47,070 nucleotides of DNA, taken from Prevotella sp. GTDB lineage: Bacteria > Bacteroidota > Bacteroidia > Bacteroidales > Dysgonomonadaceae. Positions 1-7,728 of the stretch are shown in pieces. The stretch covers positions 1-47,070 of the forward strand of contig JAITVV010000062.1 of assembly GCA_031285625.1 (NCBI GenBank). Direction: 5' to 3'. The notes beneath the pieces are model-generated. The model saw only the letters and a list, made by a program, of their open reading frames with translations, searched no databases and was not told the origin of the DNA. Position numbers and translations under genes: made by a program. Within the stretch, counting starts at the first letter, position 1; each line of letters opens with the position of its first letter.

Positions 1-6
1 TCTTTG

Positions 7-87
7 TTGTCATCCTGAGGAACGAAGGATCTCTTTCCTTTTTTCCTTGACAAATGGGTCGGGATGCTTCCTTCGTCAGCATGACAA
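7..87. repeat. REP-like palindromic element (GTCATCCTGA / CGTC-TGTC-tagged type)
   Basis: Left arm ttgtcatcctgaggaacgaaggatct (7-32) vs reverse complement of right arm ttgtcatgctgacgaaggaagcatcc (62-87): 21/26 identical, around a ~29-nt spacer. Confidence 0.75.
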
Positions 88-226
88 AGCCATCTGTAAG
101 TAAACATGAAAACAAAAAAGTGATAAAAGTGACATGTTTATGTCTATTTTTTATTGTTACCTTTTTATGTTATACTGTTATTATAATAGATAAATTTAGT
201 GTAGGAATGTGAGTCTTTGCAGATAG

Positions 227-2227
227 TTACCATCTGAGTATAATACGTTCTCCAAGTTCCTTTGCCAGAATCTTTTTTATTTCTTCAAACTCTTTTATCT
301 TTTGCATGAGTTCAATGGCGCCATCCCAGTCTCCGGCTTTTTGCTTCTGCTCCATCTCAGTTTTTATATCTTTTATCTGTTTTGAGATGTGTGCATCCTT
401 TAGCTCGGTAACTGCACGTGGAACATTTTTCCACAAATGCTTTTCTTCTGCCAAAGGAGTATCTTCCTTTTTTATATTTTCACCAAACTGCTTTATATGC
501 ACTTTGCTCAACTCATATCTATCGCTCATAATCTCAGCAGCAAGTTTACTTACTTGTGCATCAGTATGGGCGAGGAAGTAGCGGCTGGGATTGAATGTCT
601 CGTTAAGTGACTGCTCGATAGCTTCCTCCAGTATTGTCTTATATAGAGGGTTTGTAAACCAGAAACCATCCCGTTGGAGGTCAAATTTTACCCAGTCTAT
701 TACTGTTGTCGGCATATCTCCTGTTACAGTATTATTTTCTCCCCCTTCAAGCACAATCTCCATACCATAACGGATAATGAAATATAAGATGGCCAGTTCG
801 AACTTATCGATATTTGTTCGTTTTACAATGGCTTTTTCTGATCTGATTATAGGTTGGGACAAATCAACATTGACTGCAGACATCTCCGGCGCTATTCTTT
901 GTAGAGGTGCTTTTTCCAGGTGGGCCAGTCTTTTTTTATTAACTTCCTGTATCAGTATGCGTTCGTCAATATCCAATAATATACTGCAATCTTTGATATA
1001 TACGCTACGGATAATATTGTCCGGTATAACTGATATACTACTTACAATATCTGTGATCAGGTTAGCCCGTTTGATTGGGTCATTACCTGCTTCATCCAGC
1101 AGTAGTTTTGTTTTGAAGCGAATAAAATCTACCTCATGTTCCTTGATATACTTTGTAAGAGATTCGGCATTCTGTTTGCGTGCAAATGAATCCGGATCTT
1201 CTCCGTCGGGAAGCAGGACAACTTTTATGTTCATACCGTCTTCCAGCAAAAGATCGATTCCTCTCAAAGCTGCTTTTATTCCGGCAGCGTCGCCATCATA
1301 AATAACGGTTACATTCTCTGTAAACCTGTGGATAAGTCTAATCTGTCCATGTGTGAGGGCCGTACCTGATGAAGCCACTACATTCTCTATCCCTGCCTGA
1401 TGCATAGAGATCACATCGGTATATCCTTCGACTAGATAACAGCAATCGTTTTTTGTAATAGCTTGCTTGGCAAAATAGATACCATATAATTCATTCCCTT
1501 TGTGATATATTTCACTTTCCGGAGAATTGATATATTTTCCTGTATTTTCTGCTTTTTTTAAGATGCGACCACCAAAAGCAATAACTTTTCCTGATAAAGT
1601 ATGCACTGGAAACATCACGCGCCCTCGAAAACGGTCGATCAGCGCATTGTTATGCTCACTTTTTATGGTGAGTCCTGTCTTTATCAGGTAATCTTCTTTG
1701 TAGCCATTCCTGATAGCTTCCTGACTGAATGCATCTTTTTGCTCGAGACTGTAGCCTAACTGGAATTTTTGGATAATGTCTTCTCTGAAACCTCTTTCCT
1801 TGAAGTAACTTAATCCGACCGATTTTCCTTCTATATGCTCATGCAGCATATTCATAAAGTGGGTACGGGCAAAGTCATTAAGGATAAAAAGACTCTCTCT
1901 CTCGTTGTAAGCATGTTTTTGCTCATCGGTAAGTTCCCGTTCCTGTATCTCTATATTGTATTTTTTTGCCAGATATTTTAATGCTTCATAATATGACAAT
2001 TGTTCATGTTTCATTATGAAGTGTACGGCAGTGCCTCCTTCGCCACAGGCAAAACATTTACATATATTCTTTGCTGGCGAAACATAAAAAGAAGGAGTCT
2101 TATCTGTATGGAAAGGGCATAAACCGACATAATTTATCCCTCTGCGTTTGAGTGTAACATACTGGGATACCACATCAACTATTTGTGCGGCATCCATTAT
2201 ACGGTCTATGGTAAGTTGGTCTATCAT
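227..2227 (-). CDS. dnaG: DNA primase
   Basis: Zn-binding CPFH...CFAC, FRGRVMFP, KYINSPE, TOPRIM VEGYTDV and YDGDAAG motifs. Confidence 0.97.
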   Translation of the reverse strand: MIDQLTIDRIMDAAQIVDVVSQYVTLKRRGINYVGLCPFHTDKTPSFYVSPAKNICKCFACGEGGTAVHFIMKHEQLSYYEALKYLAKKYNIEIQERELTDEQKHAYNERESLFILNDFARTHFMNMLHEHIEGKSVGLSYFKERGFREDIIQKFQLGYSLEQKDAFSQEAIRNGYKEDYLIKTGLTIKSEHNNALIDRFRGRVMFPVHTLSGKVIAFGGRILKKAENTGKYINSPESEIYHKGNELYGIYFAKQAITKNDCCYLVEGYTDVISMHQAGIENVVASSGTALTHGQIRLIHRFTENVTVIYDGDAAGIKAALRGIDLLLEDGMNIKVVLLPDGEDPDSFARKQNAESLTKYIKEHEVDFIRFKTKLLLDEAGNDPIKRANLITDIVSSISVIPDNIIRSVYIKDCSILLDIDERILIQEVNKKRLAHLEKAPLQRIAPEMSAVNVDLSQPIIRSEKAIVKRTNIDKFELAILYFIIRYGMEIVLEGGENNTVTGDMPTTVIDWVKFDLQRDGFWFTNPLYKTILEEAIEQSLNETFNPSRYFLAHTDAQVSKLAAEIMSDRYELSKVHIKQFGENIKKEDTPLAEEKHLWKNVPRAVTELKDAHISKQIKDIKTEMEQKQKAGDWDGAIELMQKIKEFEEIKKILAKELGERIILRW

Positions 2228-2410
2228 TTTGCTACCACGAAAGTAATAAAAATATCTTGATACAGCTATTGGTTAACCTTTGTTGAATGGTTAAGAAAGG
2301 TTAGTGGCTTACATTAAGTGATTTCGGAATTCTATCAAAACTTATTAATTGATATTCCTAATTATTCAAAAAAGCCATATCCTTATTCACAATGTATACG
2401 CTCTTTTTCT

Positions 2411-2418
2411 TAACTTTG
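2411..2418 (+). promoter_or_regulatory. Bacteroidota housekeeping -7 promoter element for the dsbD-like gene
   Basis: TAACTTTG matches TAnnTTTG, 38 nt upstream of ATG 2457. Confidence 0.6.
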
Positions 2419-2456
2419 GCTTTCTTATTAAATAACCATCGATATAGATACTTTTT

Positions 2457-4487
2457 ATGAAAAAAATAGTATTACTGATTCTATCACTTATTGCAATAAC
2501 GGCGGTTCAGGCCCAGGAACCAACCTCATGGACAGTAAAACTGGTAGATAAAGGAAATAGTGAAGTAGAACTGACTGCTTCGTTTCGTATAGACCCTACA
2601 TGGCATATATTTGATATTACTATCCCTGATAACGGGCCAATGCCAACTACTATTTCAATAGATAATCTGAAAGGGGCGACCAAAGTAGGGAATCTAAAAG
2701 TTGTAAATTCCAAGTTGAAGAGGAAATATGATGAAATATTTCAGATGGAATACGGCTATTATGAAAATCAGGCCACATTTGTTCAAACCCTTAAAATAAC
2801 CGATAAGGCCGCATTTGTGCTCGAAGGAGACCTTCGTGGGCAGGTATGCAGTGAAATTGACGGGCAGTGTATTCCTATAAAAGTAGGTCTGGATTTTAAA
2901 TCTAAAGATTTGCCTGCTACAGTAGTTGCTGCGGGTGGAACAGCAACAGAAAATATATCCGCAACAGATACTCCGGGTTTGATTGCTGTTGACTCTCTTG
3001 CATTATCAGCACCCGAAACGTCTGCAAATGTAAGTAATGAGACCCTTTGGACTCCGGTAGTAGACAAGATGAAACCATATGGCGCTGAAGATAATGCTTC
3101 AGAGTCTTTATTCTGGATTTTCCTTGGAGGATTTGGAGGTGGATTGATTGCTTTACTTACACCTTGTGTATGGCCTATGATTCCAATGACTGTAAGTTTC
3201 TTTTTGAAACGTAATAAGAAAAATAAAGGCAAAGCAATAAAGGATGCTGTAACATATGGTTTGGGAATTATATTGATATATGTTGCTTTAGGATTAATAA
3301 TAACTGCCGTGTTTGGTGCAAGTGCGTTAAATGATTTGGCTACGAGTGCTATATTCAATTTATTGTTCTTTGCTTTACTGGTCGTATTTGCTATATCGTT
3401 TTTTGGTGCTTTTGAAATGGTATTACCATCATCCTGGACTAACAAGATGGACCAGAAAGCTGATTCTACTACAGGGATTATCAGTATTTTCTTTATGGCA
3501 TTTACATTGGCTCTGGTGTCATTCTCCTGTACAGGGCCTATTATAGGTACACTATTAGTACAGGCAGCGGGGTCGGGTAGTATCGTTGCCCCTGCGATCG
3601 GGATGTTCGGATTTGCTGTTGCATTAGCTATACCATTCTCCCTGTTTGCAATTTTCCCATCCTGGCTCGAAAGTATGCCAAAATCCGGAGGATGGCTTAA
3701 CTCGGTGAAGGTGGTATTAGGTTTCCTTGAGTTGGCTCTAGCCCTTAAATTCTTGTCTGTTGCCGATCTGGCTTATGGTTGGGGGATTTTAGACCGCGAA
3801 GTATTCCTTGTATTATGGATTGCTATTTTTACTCTGTTGGGTGTTTATCTGTTAGGAAAACTAAAATTGCCACATGATAGCGATTTAAAACATGTGTCAG
3901 TTCCGCGTTTGTTTATGGCAATTATATCATTTGCTTTTGCAATATATATGGTTCCTGGATTGTGGGGTGCACCGTTGAAAGCAATCAGTGCTTTTTCTCC
4001 ACCTCTTAACACACAGGATTTTAATCTGTATAAAGGTGAGGTACATGCCAAGTTTGACGATTATGAGGCCGGAATGGAATATGCCCGTAAAAACAATAAG
4101 CCTGTGATGATAGATTTTTCCGGTTATGGTTGTGTAAACTGTAGGAAAATGGAAGCTGCAGTATGGACGGATGTTCGTGTGAAACAAATACTGGAAAATG
4201 ACTATGTGCTGATTACTCTTATGGTAGATGATAAGAAAAGCCTGCCGGAAGTAATAGAAGTACAAGAAAATGGTAAAACATCAAAACTTAAAACCATAGG
4301 GGATAAGTGGAGTTATCTGCAACGGCATAAATTTGGTACTAATTCTCAGCCGTATTATGTATTGCTGGATAGTAAAGGAGAACCTATTGGTCCATACTAT
4401 GTATATGATGAAGATGTACCTAAATATCTTGATTTTCTGAATATAGGTCTCAATAACTTTAAGAAAGTAAAAGAAGAAGTAAAATAA
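2457..4487 (+). CDS. dsbD: Thiol:disulfide interchange protein, DsbD family
   Basis: Signal peptide, N-terminal Cys pair (CSEIDGQC), TM domain with TPCVWP and SCTGP, C-terminal thioredoxin CVNC. Confidence 0.9.
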   Translation: MKKIVLLILSLIAITAVQAQEPTSWTVKLVDKGNSEVELTASFRIDPTWHIFDITIPDNGPMPTTISIDNLKGATKVGNLKVVNSKLKRKYDEIFQMEYGYYENQATFVQTLKITDKAAFVLEGDLRGQVCSEIDGQCIPIKVGLDFKSKDLPATVVAAGGTATENISATDTPGLIAVDSLALSAPETSANVSNETLWTPVVDKMKPYGAEDNASESLFWIFLGGFGGGLIALLTPCVWPMIPMTVSFFLKRNKKNKGKAIKDAVTYGLGIILIYVALGLIITAVFGASALNDLATSAIFNLLFFALLVVFAISFFGAFEMVLPSSWTNKMDQKADSTTGIISIFFMAFTLALVSFSCTGPIIGTLLVQAAGSGSIVAPAIGMFGFAVALAIPFSLFAIFPSWLESMPKSGGWLNSVKVVLGFLELALALKFLSVADLAYGWGILDREVFLVLWIAIFTLLGVYLLGKLKLPHDSDLKHVSVPRLFMAIISFAFAIYMVPGLWGAPLKAISAFSPPLNTQDFNLYKGEVHAKFDDYEAGMEYARKNNKPVMIDFSGYGCVNCRKMEAAVWTDVRVKQILENDYVLITLMVDDKKSLPEVIEVQENGKTSKLKTIGDKWSYLQRHKFGTNSQPYYVLLDSKGEPIGPYYVYDEDVPKYLDFLNIGLNNFKKVKEEVK

Positions 4488-4490
4488 AAA

Positions 4491-4516
4491 AGAAAGCAGG
4501 TTAATCCCTGCTTTCT
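4491..4516 (+). terminator. Stem-loop between dsbD and mazG (weak terminator or stabiliser)
   Basis: agaaagcagg-ttaatc-cctgctttct, a 10-bp stem with a poor U tract. Confidence 0.55.
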
Positions 4517-4534
4517 CTAAATAGTATAAGCGGT

Positions 4535-5317
4535 ATGCATACAAAACAACAAAAGATGGAAGCCTTTGGACGGCTTCTTGATATAATGGATGAACTTCGA
4601 GTGAAATGTCCATGGGATGCTAAGCAAACAAACGAAAGCCTTAGAACAAATACGATAGAAGAAGTATATGAGCTCTGTGAGGCCATTATTCAGAATAGTG
4701 ATGAGGCAATAAAGAAAGAACTTGGGGATGTACTCTTACATGTTGTTTTCTATTCAAAGATAGGAGAGGAGAAAAGTACTTTTGATGTTGCAGATGTATG
4801 TAATGCCCTTTGTGATAAATTGATATTTCGTCACCCGCATGTTTTTGGAGACGATGTTGCTAAGACAGCCGGGGAAGTGGAGAAATCATGGGAACAAATA
4901 AAACTGAAAGAAAAGGGAGGTAACAAAACTATTCTTGAGGGAGTGCCTGCATCCTTACCATCTATAGCAAAAGCTCACCGTATACAAGATAAGGCCCGTA
5001 ATGCCGGATTTGACTGGGAAAAGAAGGAAGACGTATGGGATAAGGTTTCAGAAGAATTTCAGGAACTAAAAAGTGAAGTGTCAAAAATGGATGATGATAA
5101 GATGGAGGCTGAATTTGGCGATATGTTTTTTAGTCTGATCAATGCTGCCCGTTTATACAAGATCAATCCTGACAATGCATTGGAACGTACAAATCAAAAA
5201 TTTATACGGAGGTTTAATTATATAGAGCAGGAAGCTAAAAAAGAGAATAAGAGCCTCAAAGATATGACTCTTTCAGAAATGGATGCTTTGTGGAATCAGG
5301 CTAAGAATATGGAGTGA
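4535..5317 (+). CDS. mazG: Nucleoside triphosphate pyrophosphohydrolase MazG (tandem domain)
   Basis: CPWD, IEEVYEL, ELGDVLL, RHPHVFG and second-domain EFGDMFFS motifs. Confidence 0.96.
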   Translation: MHTKQQKMEAFGRLLDIMDELRVKCPWDAKQTNESLRTNTIEEVYELCEAIIQNSDEAIKKELGDVLLHVVFYSKIGEEKSTFDVADVCNALCDKLIFRHPHVFGDDVAKTAGEVEKSWEQIKLKEKGGNKTILEGVPASLPSIAKAHRIQDKARNAGFDWEKKEDVWDKVSEEFQELKSEVSKMDDDKMEAEFGDMFFSLINAARLYKINPDNALERTNQKFIRRFNYIEQEAKKENKSLKDMTLSEMDALWNQAKNME

Positions 5318-5416
5318 GTATATCAAGCTATTTTCAGAAAATATTTTAATACCTGATTAAACTATTTCTATATATTCATGTCTGACTAATATAAACTAAT
5401 CAAACAACATAAGGTT

Positions 5417-5722
5417 ATGAAGTATATATTGACAATTATTATCCTGAGTACAATGATGTTTGTCTCCTGTGCATCAATGAGCAATCAGATGAATGCATCC
5501 AAAAACATGACTAAGGTCGAATTGAATATGACGAAGCAGGAGGTAACAAAGATTATGGGGAAAACATACGAAGTGGTTGGTAGCCGTAATACCCAGGAAG
5601 GATCGGAAGAAACGATCGGGTACCATGACGCTTATAATGATATCTATTTGCTTACATTCTTGAATGGAAAGTTAGTCGAATTTCACAAAGAGTGGTTGCC
5701 TAAAGGCACTCCTGTAAACTAA
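5417..5722 (+). CDS. Small lipoprotein (BamE/SmpA- or DUF3192-like)
   Basis: Lipobox FVSC; LNMTKQEVTKIMG and LTFLNGKLV resemble the SmpA/BamE-like fold signature. Confidence 0.7.
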   Translation: MKYILTIIILSTMMFVSCASMSNQMNASKNMTKVELNMTKQEVTKIMGKTYEVVGSRNTQEGSEETIGYHDAYNDIYLLTFLNGKLVEFHKEWLPKGTPVN

Positions 5723-5756
5723 GACAAAGTATACCTGTAAACTAAGACAAAGTATA
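5711..5756 (+). repeat. Perfect 23-bp tandem duplication
   Basis: cctgtaaactaagacaaagtata at 5711-5733 and 5734-5756. Confidence 0.95.
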
Positions 5757-5761
5757 GAAAT

Positions 5762-5804
5762 AAAAAAGAAGGGTTGTATACTTTTACACAACCCTTCTTT
5801 TTTT
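5762..5804. terminator. Bidirectional intrinsic terminator
   Basis: aaaaaagaagggttgt...acaacccttcttttttt between convergent genes. Confidence 0.85.
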
Positions 5805-7171
5805 CATATATTTTTACTTGGTGGAATATATAGATCTTCAGGTTTAAGCTCACATTCTTTTATCATTTCTATTGAATATTCCATTTTTCCGATATTCGGA
5901 TCTGCATTATTAGTGCCAAATGTGAATTTAACACCTGATGCTTTAGCTTGTTTTATAAGTCTGGCAGATGGTATTTTATATCGATTATTTATTTCAAGTG
6001 CTACATTGTGTTTAACACAGGCATCCACGATTCTTTGCATCCTTTCTGTAGTCCATAAAGCTTCATATTCGGGCATTAACCGGTCGGGAATAAAGGTCGG
6101 ATTAACGAAGATATTGATAGGTTCGCTTGATATAATCGTTACAGCGCGATCTACAAGCATGTCCATAAATTGCTCTTTATCATCAACAAATGTTTCCTCA
6201 TCTATCCATATGCGTTGTCTGCGACCTTTGTTGTCTGTCCATGTAAGGGCATCAGTAAAGCGATAGTCAAATTTACTCATTGCCTCTTCTGTGAATAGTG
6301 TTAACCATTCGCGTCCTTCAGCCTGCATAGGCAGTAGAAATGGCTGATGTTGCATTGTATCAAGGAATGTATATATGTCTGCATCTTTTGTAACAGGAAA
6401 CTTTAACCCACAATTTGGGGCTATGCCATAAGTAATGCCATATTTACGCGAAACAGCAGCTGCCTGTGCTTTTGTCCAGCCCTCTTTGAGGTGTACATGG
6501 CTGTCTATAAGCGGGTAGTTTTCTTGCTGCAAACGGATTATATCATCATTCTGTTCATCAATATCAGTTGTGACTTTATTGTCTGCAGACAATGATTTTA
6601 TACTGATGTTTCGGAACTCTATAGGTGAATCAGAGTAACTTATAAAAGCCAGATTGCCTTTACTTAAAAATCGCCTTGCATATTTTTCTGTCCGATATGG
6701 TTTTTCAGGTTCAACATATTCTGTTACCCAAACATTGTTAATCCAAACATTGATAAGGTTACCGGATACCTGAATTTTTACAGGAAACCAATTATTATTA
6801 TCTGCTGTACGTTTGCCAAAATTACGGACAGCTGACAAACTACCCGATTTTCTCCATTCGGTGGGCTCTATATTGTTATTTATAAGTACTTCGTACCCTT
6901 TTGAACTTGGTTGGGAGCTATTGGTATGAAACCATATGCCAGCAATAGCACCATGGGAGGTATTGCACTCCAGTTCCAGTTCAAAATTTTTATATTCTTC
7001 ATTATATCCGGCTACAGATTCATTGCCGGATAACAGTAAGACACTGTCTTTTATCTGTGCATTATTCGTGAAAGTCCAGTCGGACGATTTACTTAGTATG
7101 TTCTTTTCACCTGTATTATCACAAGATAATAATAAGAATGGCAGAACAAGGAGTAGAATTAAATTTTTCAT
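5804..7171 (-). CDS. Lipoprotein with DUF1080 (GH16-like jelly-roll) and C-terminal PHP-like domain
   Basis: Lipobox LLSC; YKNFELELE, GYEVLIN and IEFRNISIK typical of DUF1080; DSHVH, ALEIN and FTFGTN typical of the PHP barrel. Confidence 0.75.
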   Translation of the reverse strand: MKNLILLLVLPFLLLSCDNTGEKNILSKSSDWTFTNNAQIKDSVLLLSGNESVAGYNEEYKNFELELECNTSHGAIAGIWFHTNSSQPSSKGYEVLINNNIEPTEWRKSGSLSAVRNFGKRTADNNNWFPVKIQVSGNLINVWINNVWVTEYVEPEKPYRTEKYARRFLSKGNLAFISYSDSPIEFRNISIKSLSADNKVTTDIDEQNDDIIRLQQENYPLIDSHVHLKEGWTKAQAAAVSRKYGITYGIAPNCGLKFPVTKDADIYTFLDTMQHQPFLLPMQAEGREWLTLFTEEAMSKFDYRFTDALTWTDNKGRRQRIWIDEETFVDDKEQFMDMLVDRAVTIISSEPINIFVNPTFIPDRLMPEYEALWTTERMQRIVDACVKHNVALEINNRYKIPSARLIKQAKASGVKFTFGTNNADPNIGKMEYSIEMIKECELKPEDLYIPPSKNI

Positions 7172-7273
7172 TGTGTTCTTTTTGTGTGCATTTATTTGTT
7201 AAAGGTATAACTTTGAAATAAAAAAGCCAAATTTTTAATCTGGCTATCTGATAATCAAGTTAGTAAAAATAAA

Positions 7274-7622
7274 ACAGTAAGCCTATAAGCCGGGTTCTGT
7301 ACCCCGAAAGGTGTTTGTCATTTATCTACACCCGCTGTCACCAACGGGCTCTAGCGACCTACCCCCCGACATCGGACGAGCAGCCCTACATGCGCCGGTA
7401 TACATGGTCTTACAACTTGCAAGTGGTACGGCTCTGTGTATTACTACACAGACCGGTGAGCTCTTACCTCACCTTTTCACCCTTACCCCGTTAGAGGCGG
7501 TTGTTTTCTGTTACCTTACTCTGCCCTCGCGAACAGCTTCCCATTAAGAAATACAATGCTCTGTGTTGCCCGGACTTTCCTCTTTCTGCCTTGCGACAGC
7601 CAGCGACAAACCGGCCTACTGT
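7274..7622 (-). ncRNA. rnpB: RNase P RNA, bacterial type A
   Basis: Minus strand has GAGGAAAGTCCGGG near the 5' end and ACAGAACCCGGCTTA near the 3' end (P4 signatures); termini acagtaggcc/ggcttactgt pair as P1; locally GC-rich. Confidence 0.96.
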
Positions 7623-7675
7623 AATAGGTTGTAAAGATACGATTAAAATATATTTTTTCAATTTTATGCTTAAAA

Positions 7676-7703
7676 TAAAAACGACAGGAATATTCTCCTG
7701 CCG
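7676..7703 (-). terminator. Intrinsic terminator of the GH2 gene
   Basis: Minus strand cggcagga-gaatat-tcctgtcg followed by ttttt. Confidence 0.6.
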
Positions 7704-7728
7704 CTCCTATCGTGTTTAAAAAAAGCAA

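Noticed and set aside
2383-2391. DnaA-box-like TTATTCACA upstream of dnaG/dsbD as an origin signal
   Set aside because: A single box in AT-rich DNA, with no cluster of boxes.
4535-5317. mazG as an anti-phage or toxin-antitoxin component
   Set aside because: It is the tandem-domain housekeeping type in a core-gene context with no toxin or defence neighbours.
5711-5756. 23-bp repeat as a mini CRISPR array
   Set aside because: Two abutting copies, no spacer, no cas genes.
7311-7728. Three short ORFs (7311-7547, 7501-7719, 7516-7728)
   Set aside because: They overlap the RNase P RNA gene and its promoter and have no protein motifs.
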